A stretch of 64,000 nucleotides of DNA from Squalus acanthias. Lineage: Eukaryota. Both the position numbers and the translations under genes were made by a program. Shown piece by piece: positions 37,466 to 49,471 of the stretch. The number at the start of each line of letters is the position of its first letter. Positions within the stretch are counted from its first letter, which is position 1. The notes under the pieces were generated by a model. It made no database searches. It was not told where the DNA came from and worked only from the letters and a program-made list of their open reading frames with translations. The stretch spans positions 33,358,001 through 33,422,000 of the forward strand of contig CM059432.1 in NCBI GenBank assembly GCA_030390025.1, in the 5' to 3' direction.

Positions 37466-38442
37466 TTCCAGCGTGATCCCACCACCAAATACATCTTCCC
37501 CTTCTCTTTCAGCATGCCGAAGGGATCGTTCCCTCCATGACACCCTGGTCCAATCCTCAGTCACCCCCAACACCTCTTCCCCTTCCCACGGCACCTTCCC
37601 GTGCAAGTGCAGGAGATACAACACCTGCCCTTTTACCTTCTCCCTTCCTACCATCAAGGTCCCCAAACACTCCTTTCAGGTGAAACAGCAATTTACTTGT
37701 ACTTCTTTCAATTTAGTATACTGTATTCGCTGCTCTCGATGCGGTCTCCTCTACATAAGAACATAAGAAATAGGAGCAGGAGTAGGCTATTCGCCCCTTC
37801 GGGCCTGCACCGCCATTCAATAAGATCATGGCTGAATTTCTACCTCAACTCCACATTGGAGAGACCAAATTCAAATTGGGTGACCCCTTTGTGGAACACC
37901 TCTGTTCAGTTCGCAAGTGTGACCCTGAGCTTCTGGTCGCTTGTCATTTTAATTCTCTGCCCCACTCCCACTCTGACATCTCTGCCTTGCCCTCCTATGC
38001 TGTTCAATGCAGTTCAATGTAAGCTCGAGTAACTGCACCTCATCTTCCGATTAGGCACTTTACAGCCTTTCGGACTCAACAGTGAGTTCAACAGTTTCAG
38101 GCCATAACTTCTGCCCCCATTTTTTCATTCGGCAGCTGTTGTTCCCATTTACACCTCCTCTAGACCCATCTTTTGTTTCTTTACTTGTCCCATCTTCTCG
38201 TGCCTTGCACCGTCATCCCTTTTGTCATTTAATCTCTCCTGCCTTCTGCCCTATCTCAGACCTTCCCTTTCGTTCTTTCCTCCCCTCCCCCTTTCCCTGC
38301 CTCTGCACTTGCTTAAAACCTGTTACAGCACTAACCTTTACCAGTTCTGACAAAAGGTTTAACCTGAAACTTTAACTCTGTCTCTCTCTCCACAGATGCT
38401 GCCTGACCTGCTGAGGATTTCCAGCATTTTCTTTTTTTATTT
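37466..38442 (+). mobile_element. Second Penelope-like element (GIY-YIG region + tail) with a 96-bp CR1 tail inserted at 37757-37852
   Basis: HGTFPCKCRRYNTCPF...FTCTSFNLVYCIRCSRCGLLYI | GETK; similar to 530-1397; ACAT duplicated around the CR1 insert; degenerate hammerhead at about 38343-38378. Confidence 0.9.
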
Positions 38443-38765
38443 CTAACAAATACCTATCTATCTCAGTCTCTAATTGTGCCAGCCTCCTTGGTCCTAGAGG
38501 TTGGGGGGAATGTTAAAGTTCCCACACCTGACCACTATCCATTGACCATGCTGGAATTGCACACGGGGTGAGTTGCGGAGGATGGAGAACAGGCTCGGAT
38601 GTGAGCCCTTATGAACAAGCACTTACATTTGTCTAGTGTTTTCACATAGGAGAACATCCCAAGGTGCTGAGAAATGAGGACAAACAGGACACCAAGCTCG
38701 AATGAGAGAAAATTAAAGGACAGTGGGGTGGGGGGGATAACCAAAAGCACAATTGAAGAGATAAG

Positions 38766-39388
38766 GGTTGAGAAATTCAGTTATCACCGGAAACGTGTGA
38801 AATCGGTGAGGTGTCTAGAACATGCGACCAAAGGCAGGGGCCCGAGGCGTGCTCCTAATTGGGCCTCAGGACTCATCTCCACAATACCAGCAAGCTGTGA
38901 ATGCCAATGAAGCTGGCCGGTTGGGGCCTCCCCAAAATTGGCCGGCTCGAATGTGGTGAACAGGAGGGGGATGAGCAGTGGTCGGCAGTAATAGCTGTTC
39001 AGCCAGGAGGAGCACTCCTGCTACTCCTGGTTCCACATTAAAGTGATGAAAGAAAAACTTACCTCTTCCGTAGCCTCAAGTGGTCCCTTTAAGGACTGCT
39101 GGTTAGGTCACCGTAGACCTGGAAAAACGTGGCAATGCTCCATCCAGATTTTGAGGAATTTGGCATTGGGGTTCTAAAACAGGCGCTAGGCCCTTCATTA
39201 GCATACTCAGGGGACCAAAGGTCTGTTTTAGGCAGGTGCACTGGGCACTCTGAAGTCACCAACTACTAGTTTGACAGCGATTACCCTTCCGGGGGGATCG
39301 GGTGCAAGAGGTCGTACCTGAAAATTGGTCCCCCCTAAGTGCATTTTGCCCCCAAAAAACAGATGTTACGGGGACCAATACGTCCCCC
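38766..39388. mobile_element. GC-rich non-autonomous DNA element (Harbinger-like), TIRs decayed
   Basis: Interrupts L2; starts ggttgagaaattcag; possible AAG TSD. Confidence 0.5.
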
Positions 39389-39860
39389 AAGATTTTTAAG
39401 GGACATTTGAAAGATCTGAGCGAAGTGGTAAGGTGGAATGGTTTAGGGAGAGAGTACCACAGTGACTGAAGGGTTGGGTACTGGTGATAAAGCAGGGGAG
39501 CAGAGAACCAACTATAAGTCAGAGTCAGAAGAACAGCGGGTACATGCTGGGTCTTATTGTTGGATGAGATCACTTTGACTGGACGGGCAAGGCCCTGGAG
39601 AGATAAGAGATAAGCAAAATCAGAGCACTGGGGAACAGGGAGCCAGTGGAGCTTGGGAGAGTCAGTGGTAAAGGGAGTGCATCAATTGGTGTGAACAAGG
39701 AGCCGCGCAGAGTTTTGCATTAATTGAAGCTTGTGGTGGAGAGGAGGCCAATGAGAAGAGCATTTGAGAAGTCAATCCTTGATGTACTGAATGCAATGGT
39801 TAGGGTGTCAGTGGTAAAAGGAGAGAGGTTGGGACATAGACAAGCAATGGCCTCTTTACT

Positions 39861-40522
39861 GGGGTGGAATTTCCAAGATGGAGGGAGAAGTTCTGTTTGG
39901 GAAACCTGGAAGTCCAGGTTTCTCCGAAGGCTGTGGAGGTTTAACTCGGTGTCCGCCTGCCCTCTGTCCCGCCTCCAATAAAACTCTGTGTGCGTGTTTT
40001 TTTTTAACAGCTGTCACCCACCGGAAGCCAGCCTGATTGGCTCCCTGTTGGGCGGGGAACGCTGCAGAAGAGGCCGCAGCCCAGGAGCAGGTGGGTTTCC
40101 TGCTCCTTGGGGTAGAGATTGCGAGGTGGGGGTGTGGGTACAACGTGGTTTGGGGGGTGGGGTGTGATTGCAGGGGGGGGCGGTGGTCGGAGAGAGATCG
40201 GGGGCAGAGAGGGGTGGTCGGTGATCGCGGGGGTGTCCGATTGTGGGGTGGGGGGGGGGTGTCCGATCGAGGCCGGGAAACCTGGCCGGCGAGCGTTAAA
40301 GCTTGAAGAGAGATTAAAAACTGAGGCACACAGTCTCATTAAAATATTTTAAAGAGTGCCCTGCCTCCTGGGAGCGGGTTGGTTGCCCATACCCCGTCCC
40401 GCCTGCTTTAAAACCGGAAGTGGCCGGGTTCGAGGCGGGTTGGGTTTGGGTTTGAGATTTTTAAAATTTTAACATCCCACCCGACCTAACCCCACATGTT
40501 TTTGGGAGTTAAAATTACCCCC
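39861..40522. mobile_element. GC-rich Harbinger-like MITE
   Basis: ggggtggaatttcc ... gttaaaattaccccc ends; flanks ACT / AAT; interrupts L2. Confidence 0.65.
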
Positions 40523-40719
40523 AATGTTTCTGAGGTAGAAGAATCCAGAATCCGAGATAAAAAGGTCACGTCATGGTCTCACCAAATACCAAAGGTGTAG
40601 ACCACTTGATCCAAGCTGAGCAGAGCGCTAAGACAGCTGATTGAAGGAGTGCCAGATGACCATGGTGGTAGTGGGAAGCAAAAGGATGGTTTTGAGGTGG
40701 CCAACGTATAGCTGGAGGT

Positions 40720-40858
40720 AAAAGTAAAATACTATGGATGCCGGAAACCTGAAATAAAAACAGGTGATGAAAGGTCATCAAACTGAAACGTTAACTTTGT
40801 TGCTCTCTCCACAGATGCTGCCTGACCTACTGAATGTTTCCCGCATTCTCTGTTTTTG
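40720..40858 (+). mobile_element. PLE hammerhead element with inverted 5' segment, degenerate core
   Basis: 40720-40763 is antisense to the PLE tail (cf. 1354-1397), followed by gtgatgaaaggtcatcaaactgaaacgttaac. Confidence 0.8.
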
Positions 40859-40904
40859 TACAGCTGGCGGTAACTGACACATCTTGGCCTTAATATCAGA
40901 GAGA

Positions 40905-41048
40905 CATCAAGTAGCCTGCTAACACTCACTGTGTAGGCTGAAATCGAAAGAATGAGCAATTGGACGACGTGTTGGAGGATTGCTGGTGCCCATGGAACTC
41001 TATCCCAGTGTGGAGCCTGCTTCTTCAGCTGAGAAGAGAAAAAGGGAG
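40905..41048 (+). mobile_element. SINE family C 3' part
   Basis: tagcctgctaacactcactgtgtaggct...ggtgcccatggaact...cttcagctgagaagaga, antisense to 8465-8610. Confidence 0.6.
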
Positions 41049-42124
41049 AGATCGTTACAATAAATTTTTGTGTGTCTGTTGCCTACATTGTGACACTTAA
41101 TTTCTTCCTCATTTGGCTAAGTCCATGTCTTTTTCTCTTTAATTGGTTATTTTCTACTTTTATTATTCACCAATTGTATTCCGTTGAGCCTTGATAAGAG
41201 AAGCTTCATGTATTTTTCCCAATTTTCACAGAGTAGGAATTCGAATTTGGACCTTTTTTACTGGATGATTTAGTATCTTAGTACTCACTAATCCTGGGGA
41301 AGAGTTAAGGGAACCCCCCCCCCAACTAAATACCCCATTGCGTTTTAATGGGAATGCGCTTTTGGCCTTTGACTTCTTCCAGTAAAATATAATGGAAACT
41401 ATGGAAACTTGTTTGTGGAAAATAAACATGTAAATTCTCTTATATTCTTTTTCAAGCAGTTCTTTAATGTTGCGCTCTGTTTAACAAACGATTAGATTTC
41501 TGCTCTGCTTTATATCCGCCATGCGTCAACCATAAAGGTTTGACATTGATTATCCTGCCAATCCGCTGGCCAGATTTATTCCTGCAGGATCTGGAAATTC
41601 ACCGGCTGTAGCAAGTCTTGGAAATAACCCTTCTCTAGTTGGAGTTTATTACCACTCTCCAGATGGTTCCAATCTTCGCTCATTAGGTTATAACCTTGCT
41701 TCTGGTTTTAATTCCAGTTCTGAGGTTCTATTAATGGGAGGCATCAACATAAATTTACTCAGCTCCACCAAGACAGCCTCACAAGTCGCGTCGCTCGCTT
41801 GAGATCTTTGGGTCGTTGCGTGTGAAAAAGGGAAAAGCAGAGCTGAATCTGATAGATGATGGGTGTGAACCGGTGTGCACGCATGTGAAGTCTGCCCAAA
41901 CTGCGTGGATGTTGAAATGAAGACCAAAAGGGTTGAGGCTGTCACTGACTGCCAGGACCATGTGGATGAAGTCCATCACTGCTGCTATTAATCATGCTCT
42001 GGGACTTCTTAATCTTGGCGGTAGAGGACCTGGAAGTATTCAATTGGGCATCACTCAACAAATCAGAATATGCAATGGAACTCGTATCTGGGTAGGATCT
42101 GCTCTCTATTTTCATTTAGATAAT

Positions 42125-42510
42125 TGTTTTTTCCTTCCACGTTCAATCTTCTCCCCTCTTCTCGAGATTTTTCTAAGTCTTGCTGTGCTACATATCCCCT
42201 AGTGCTGATAGCCTGCACAGCTCATCTAAATTGCACTTCTTCATAACTGTGCCTAGACAGGAAGTCTCAGCAAGCTACTCAAACATGGGGGGAGAGGGGG
42301 AATGACAGCCAAGCCTGATCCAGACCTCAATTGATGTCCACACTTACTCGCCTTCTCACAAGAGTCACCAGATAGCAATCTAGCTGGAATCCTGGTTGAC
42401 GTTTTTCCTGCCCTAGCTCAGGAATGCTAAGATCAAGTGTAGGACCCTGCTGCCAATCAGGCTGAGATCAGTTTACTCAGCACAGATCTGGGATCTTTCT
42501 GCTCGGTATG
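42125..42510 (-). mobile_element. SINE family C
   Basis: ggctgagatcagtttactcagcacaga and acagccaagcctgatcc blocks. Confidence 0.6.
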
Positions 42511-42677
42511 GGTGGCAGGATATTGTAGGTTGAGTGAGTTTGCCTCAAGAAAGTTGTTAATAAATATCCTGTAGGATATGCTGGGGATTGCCTCCCAAAT
42601 TTTGTCATTTTCTTTTGGGTGGTGCCGGTGAAACTGGAGGAATATTCAGCAGTCCACAAAGCAGGCAATGCTTAGTG

Positions 42678-42916
42678 GAAGAACTTGCATTCATACAGTA
42701 CCTTTCACGACTTCAGGATGTCCCAAAGCACTGAGAGGGCAGATGGAGGTCTCGGTTTAACATCGGATCTGAAAGACGGCACCTCTGACAGTGCAGCACT
42801 CCCTCAGTACCGCAATGGAGTTTTAGCCTAGATTTTGTGCTTAAGTCTCTGGAGTGGGACTTGGACCCACGACCTTCTGACTCAGGGAGTGCTACCACTG
42901 AGCCAAGGCTGACACT
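42678..42916 (-). mobile_element. SINE family A with internal deletion
   Basis: Tail joined directly to the 5' half. Confidence 0.85.
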
Positions 42917-43496
42917 TGTTTGTTTTTAAACATTTTTTTCAAATTTTTTTTTTTATGTTCACGCATCATTAGTTACTAATGGATCTCCCACCCCTGCCAG
43001 ACCCCTGATTCCTGGAACTGATTTCAGAGCAAGATTGAGAGGTTGAGCAAGTTGTCCATCCACACACTCCATTGAGGATGATGTTTGAAATCGAGAAGAC
43101 TGGGTGAAGGGCCATAGTCCATGGGACACACCACCAAGGTTGAAAAGAATAAGAGATACATCAACTAGTAGTGGCTAGTTGATGCCAAGCTTGGCTTTGA
43201 AAAGCCTGTGGATTGCAGGAGGAAGGGAAGACTGAGGAAGGTGAGGGGTTCTGCAGTTTTGAGATCCATGAAAAGAATGAGTTAGAGTAGGAAACAGCAT
43301 GAAGAATCTGGCGGGTAATTTTCGAGTACACGCTAGGGGCAGAGAATCTCACCTGTCGGCCTCACGTATTTGATTTTAACACAACAGTGTACATTTTAAT
43401 ACTGCCTTACATGTAGCAAATTGTCCCATACTGCTTTACAGAGGAGGGTCTGGGCACCAAAGAAGGGAAGTCTGGGGGAGGCAAGAAGATCCATGG

Positions 43497-43908
43497 TTTC
43501 AGCTTTGGCTCAGTGGTAGCACTCTCACTTCTAAGTCAGAAGGTTGTGGGTTCAAGTCCCACTTCAGGAACTTGAGCACTTAATCTCAGCTGACTCTGCC
43601 AGAGGTGGCATTTTTCAGATGAGATGTTAAACCTCTCAGGTGGATGCAAAAGATCCCACGGTACTATTTAGAAGAAGAGCAGGGGAGTTCTCCCTGGTGT
43701 CCTGGCCAATATTTATCCCTCAACCAACAAGAACAAAATAGATTATCTGTTTTAACATTGTCTCATTGCTGTTTGTGGGGCCTTTCTGTGCACATATTGG
43801 CTGCTGGGTTTCTTACAGTATAACAGTGACTAGACTTCAAAAGTACTTCATTGGCTTTGGGACAACCTGAGGTCGTGAAAGGGGCTATATAAATACAAGT
43901 CTCTTTCT
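43497..43908 (+). mobile_element. SINE family A
   Basis: tggctcagtggtagc A box, ggttcaagtccc B box, Deu block. Confidence 0.88.
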
Positions 43909-44406
43909 TTTTAGTTTAAGAAGCCATAGGGGTGACAGGTTTCCTTAAGAGAAAATAAAATTATTTCAATGTTGCAGCAGACTGGAGTTCTATTAGCACG
44001 TTAGAAGGAAATAAAAATAAAAATCAGATTTCACCTTTGGTCTGATAAACCGCTCCAACAATCTCTTGCCACATTGTCCTGTGAACATATTGTAATGCAA
44101 ATATTATAGCCTGAATCATTCAGCTGAAATGTCTTCTGCTCCTCGCCTATGTTCACTCACTGTCTGATGTCACTCCGGAAAACCTTTCCTCCGACTGTTT
44201 TCACTGTAAAGGCTCTTTGCATTTCTATTGAGTCATCGGAAGACAGCTGGAGTTTGGAATTTCCAACTAGTTTCCAGACCCCTTCGAGCTGTGTGACTTA
44301 TATTGTTCTTCGTCTTTCAATGGAATTGCTTGCAATGGTAAACCCCCTTTGCCATGAGTTGAGTCCTGTGCTTGTAACTTGAAATGCAATTCTGTTCTTT
44401 TGACCA

Positions 44407-46325
44407 TTAGAATCATAGAATGGTTACACCACGGAAGAAGGCCATTTGGCCCATCAAGCCCATGCTGGCTCTCTGCAAGAGCACTTCAGCTAGTCCCACT
44501 CCCCCGCCCTTTCCCCGTAGCCCTGCAAATGTTTTTCCTTCAGGTACTTATCCGACTCCCTTTTGAAAGCCACGATTGAGTCTCCCTCCACCACCCTTTC
44601 AGACATTGCATTCCAGATCCTAACTACTCGCTGAGTAAAAAATGTTTTTCCTCATGATTCTTCTGCCAATCACCTTAAATCTGTGTCCTCTGGTTCTCGA
44701 CCCCTTCTGCCAATGGGAACAATTTCTCTCTATCTACTCTGTCCAGACCCCTCATGATTTTGAACACCTCTATCAAATCTCCTCCCAATTTTCTCTGCTG
44801 TAAGGAGAACAACCCCAGCTTCTCCAGTCTATCCATGTAACTGAAGTCCCTCATCCCTGGAATCATTCTCGTAAATCCTTTCTGCACCCTATCTAAGGCC
44901 TTCACATCCTTCCTAAAGTGTGGTGCCCAGAATTGGACACAATACTCCAGTTAAGGCCGAACCAGTGTTTTGTACAGGTTCATCATAATTTCCATGCTTT
45001 TGTACTCTATACCTCTATTCATGAAGCCCAGGATCCCATAAGCTTTTTTAACTGCTTTCTCAACTTGCCCTGCCACCTTCAATGATTTGTGCACATATAC
45101 CCCCAGGTCTCTCTGTTCATGCATCCCCTTTAGGATTGTACCCTTTAGTTTATATTTCCTCTCTTCATTATTTCTACCAAAATGTATCACTTCGCACTTT
45201 TCTGCGTTAAATTTCATCTGCCACGTGTCCGCCCATTCCACCAGCCTGTCTATGTCCTCTTGAAGTCTATCACTATCCTCCTCACTGTTCACTATACTTC
45301 CAAGTTTTGTGTCATCTGCAAATTTTGACATTGTGCCCTGTACACACACGTCCAAGTCATTAATATATATATCAAGAAAAGCAGTGGTCCGAGAACCGAC
45401 CCCTGGGGAACACTACTGTATGCCCTCCTCCAGTCCGAAAATCAACCGTTCACCACTATTCTCTGTTTCCTGTCACTTAGCCAATTTCGTATCCATGCTG
45501 CCACTGTCCCTTTTATTCCATGGGCTTCAACTTTGCCGGCAAGCCTATTATGTGGCACTTTGTCGAACGCCTTTTGAAAATCCATGTACACCACGTCAAC
45601 CGCACTGCCCTCATCAACCCTCTCTGTTACCTCATCAAAAAACTCGATCAAGTTGGTTAAATATGATTTGCCTTTAACAAATCCGTGCTGGTTTTCCTTA
45701 ATTAATCCACACTTGTCGAAGTGACTGTTAATTTGCTCCCTGATTGTTGTTTCTAAAAGCTTCCCCCTACCGAGGTTAAACTGACTGGCCTATAGTTGCT
45801 GGGTTTATCATTACACCCTTTTTTGAACAAGGGTGTAGCATTTGCAATTCTCCAGTCCTCTGGCACCACCCCTGTTTCTAAGGAGAATTAGAAGATTATG
45901 GCCAGTATCGCCGCTTCACTTCCCTCAGCATCCTAGGATTCATCCCACCTGGTCCTCATGACTTATCTACTTTAAGTACAGCCAGCCTTTCTAGTACCGC
46001 CTCATTATCAATTTTTATCCCATCCAGTATCTCCTCTACCTCCTCTTTCACCATGTCTATGGCAGCATCTTCTTCCTTGGTGAAGACAGATGCAAAGTAC
46101 TCATTTAGCACCTCAGCCATACTCTCTGCCTCCATGCGTAGGTCTCCTTTTTGGTCCTTAACCGGCCCCACCCCTCCTCTTAGTACCTGTTTACTATTTA
46201 TATGCCTATAGAAGACTTTTGGATTACCTTTTATGTTAGCTGCCATTCTATTCTCATACCCTCTCTTTCCCCTCTTATTTTCTTTTTCACATCTCCTCTG
46301 AACTTTCTATATTTAGCCTGATTTT
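44407..46325 (-). mobile_element. CR1 LINE RT region, 5'-truncated
   Basis: NEYFASVFTKE, YMDFQKAFDKVPH, KFADDTKLG, DLIEVFKIMRG; (attctatg) tail. Confidence 0.95.
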
Positions 46326-46699
46326 CTGCAACAGAGTGAGCGAGTTTCTTTTTATCACCCAGTCTCTTTACATCTGCTTTTCTGTTATTCCTTCATTTGA
46401 GATGGTGCTGTTTCTCTCTTTGGTGTCAAGGTGGCTTCAAGGTAACATGGCTAATGATGGATGCTTAGAACCAAGTCACCCCTCTATGGTACACTTTTAA
46501 ATCCAATACCTGAGCCACACAGGTCTACAGTACATAAGGACACTGTGGCTGATGGACCTACCAGCCTGCTTACCAATGGAAACTGGAGGGTCGTACCTGT
46601 CACTAGGAGGTTAGGATTCTTCCCACACAGCTTCAGAGAACCCTGCAGGCCAATGCTCTAACGGTTATGCTGGTCCTATCTGGAGAAGCAGTGGGAAGT

Positions 46700-49327
46700 G
46701 TATTTAGTTAATAGTCTACAAAGTAAAGGCAGGGCAGGGCAGCTCAGCCCCGTGGAATGCACATCCTGTGCTATGTGGGATGTCCTGGACACTTCTCGTG
46801 GCCTGGACGACCACGTGTCGCCAGCTACAGCAGCTCGAGCTCCGGGTTTCAGAGCTTGAGCGGCGGCTGGAGTCACTGCAACGCATCCGCGAGGCTAAGA
46901 GCTTCATGGATAGCACGTTTTGAGAGGTGGTCACCCCGCAGCTTAAGAGTGTGCCGACAGAAGAGGAAGACCAGGCAGGTAGGGCAGGAATCCCGAGTGC
47001 ATCTCGCTCGCTAACCGGTTTTCAGTTCTGAATACTGGTTTGGGGGCGATGGTTCCTCTGGGGAGTGCAGCCAGAGCCAAGTCCACGGCACCATGGGTGG
47101 CTCAGCTGCACGGTGGGGAGGAAGAAGAGTGGAAGAGCAATAGTGGTAGGGGATTCGATAGTTAGGGGAGCAGACAGGCGTTTCTGCGGCCGCAGACGTG
47201 ACTCCAGGATGGTATGTTGCCTCCCTGGTGCCAGGGTCAAGGATGTCACTGAGCGGCTGCAGGACATTCTGAGGGGGGAGGGTGAACAGCCAGAGGTCGT
47301 GGTTCATATCGATGCCAATGACATAGGTAGAAAGAGGGATAAGGTCCTGCAGGCAGAGTTTAGGGAGCTAGGAAAAAGATTAAAAAGCAGGACCTCAAAG
47401 GTAGTAATCTCTGGATTACTCCCAGTGCCACGTGCTAGTGTGTACAGAAACAGGATAGAACAGATGAATGCGTGGCTGGAGAGATGATGCAGGAAGGAGG
47501 GTTTTAGATTCCTGAGCCATTGGGACCGTTTCTGGGGGAGGTGGGACCTGTACAAGCCGGGCGAGTTGCACCTCAACAGGACCGGGACCAATATCCTCGC
47601 GAGGGGGTTTGCTAGTGCTGTTGGGGAGGGTTTAAACTAGCTTGGCAGGGGGATGGGAACCTGAGAGTAGATTCAGAAGGGAGAAAAGCAAAGCTGGAAA
47701 TGGAAGGCAGAAAATTAGAAAGCAAGTTTGGAAGGCAAAGAAAACAAAGGCAAGAAAATAGACACCAAGGGTGTTTGGCAGTGCTAAATGGTATATACTT
47801 CAACGCAAGGAGTCTAGGGAATAAAACAGATGAGTTGAGGACACAGATAGACACGTGGGAGTATGATATTATAGCTATTACTGAGACATGGCTGAAAGAA
47901 GGGCAGGAATGGCAGTTCAACATTCCTGGTTACAGGGTTTTCAGACGAGATAGAGAGGGGGATAAAAAAGAGGGGGGTGGCAATATTGATTAAAGAAACA
48001 GTTACAGCTGTGAGGAGGGAGGATATCTTAGAAGGATCCCCAAATGAGGCCATATGGGTTGAACTGAAAAACAAAAAAGGGGCAATCACACTGCTGGGAG
48101 TGTACTCTAGACCTCCGAACAGTCAGTGGGAGATAGAAGAGCAAATATATAGGCAAATTTCTGAGACGTGTAAAAATAGGGCAGTAATAGTAGGGGATTT
48201 CAACTTCCCTAATGTTAACTGGGATAAAATTAGTGTGAAAGGTATAGAGGGAGCAGAATTCTTAAAATGCATTCAGAATTTTTTTAGCCAGTACGTAGCA
48301 AGCCCAACTAGAGAGGGGGCGGTTCTGGACCTAGTTTTAGGGAATGAAGCTGGGCAGGTGGAAAGGGTATCAGTGGGAGAGCATATTGGTGGTAATGATC
48401 ATAATTCAGTTAGATTTAGGGTAGTTATGGAAAAGGACAAGGATAGACCAGAAATAAAAGTTCTCAATTGGGGAAGAGCTAATTTTACTAAGCTGAGATG
48501 TGATTTAGCCAAAGTGGACTGGAGACAGAAACTTGAAGGTAAATCAGTGTCAGAGCAGTGGGAGGCATTCAAGGAGGAGATAGTGAGGGTTCAGAGCAAG
48601 TATGTTCCCTTAAAGAAAAAGGGTGGGACTAACAAATCTAGAGCTCCCTGGATGTCAAGGGGCATACAGGATAGGATAAAGAAAAAAAAAGGGACGCTTA
48701 TGACAGATACCGAGGGCTCAATACTGCAGAAACCCTGGAGGAGTATAGAAAGTGCAGGGGTGAAATTAAAAAGGAAATTAGGAAAGCAAAGAGAGGGCAT
48801 GAAAAAATATTGGCACGGAACATCAAGGAAAACCCAAAGATGTTTTATAAATAAATAAGAGTCGGCCTATTAGGGACCATAAAGGTAACCGGTGTGTGGA
48901 GGCGGAAGACATGGGTATGGTTCTTAATGAATACTTTGTGTCTGTTTTCACAAAAGAGAGGGACGATGCAGACATTGCAATCAGGGAGGAGTGTGAAATA
49001 TTAGATGAAATAAACATAGTGAAAGAGGAAGTATTAAGGGGCTTAGCATCTTTGAAAGTGGATAAATCCCCAGGCCTGGATGAAATGTATCCCAGACTGT
49101 TAAGAGAAGTAAGAGTGAAAATAGCAGAGGCTCTGACTATCATTTTCCAATCCTATTTGGCTACAGATGTGGTGCCGGAGGTCTGGAGGACTGCTAATGT
49201 GGTGCTGTTGTTTAAAAAGGGATAGACCAAGTAATTACAGGCCAGTCAGCCTAACCTCGGTGGTCGGAAAAGTATTGGAAAAAATTCTGAGGGACAGGAT
49301 AAATCTTCATTTAGAAAGACACGGATT
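46700..49327 (+). mobile_element. CR1 LINE 5' part: ORF1 (Cys motif, coiled coil, SGNH esterase) and ORF2 EN/linker; 3' end missing
   Basis: CTSCAMW..., LQQLELRVSELERRLE, AIVVGDSIVRG, VVVHIDANDIG; ORF2 YFNARSLGNK, IAITETWL, GVYSRPP, VGDFN, GGNDHN, NYRPVSLTS. Confidence 0.93.
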
Positions 49328-49471
49328 AAGCACCACTTACACTGTTTATCAGGGATTCTGCAGCTCTTCCGCTGAACTTGCATAAGATTGTAAATCCACC
49401 CTTTTCCAATTACATTTAAAATCTGCTTAATTTTATGTATTACCTATACACACATTTCTTTTATTTGTACC

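Larger units (their letters stand above)
38613..40620 (-). mobile_element. Decayed L2 3' region interrupted by two GC-rich DNA elements
   Basis: Pieces 38613-38765, 39389-39860 and 40523-40620 are collinear with 59067-59810. Confidence 0.6.

Noticed and set aside
40930..41030. Minus-strand segment with strong splice acceptor and gtgagt donor
   Set aside because: Lies wholly antisense within a family C SINE, so the signals are repeat-derived; exonisation cannot be shown without RNA data
43497..43570. tRNA gene
   Set aside because: tRNA-like A/B boxes are the head of a SINE and continue into the SINE body; same for the other copies
44161..44290. Minus-strand peptide LEGVWKLVGNS resembling the calycin/FABP GxW motif
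   Set aside because: Only a few residues match, there is an in-frame stop just upstream, and no further family features follow
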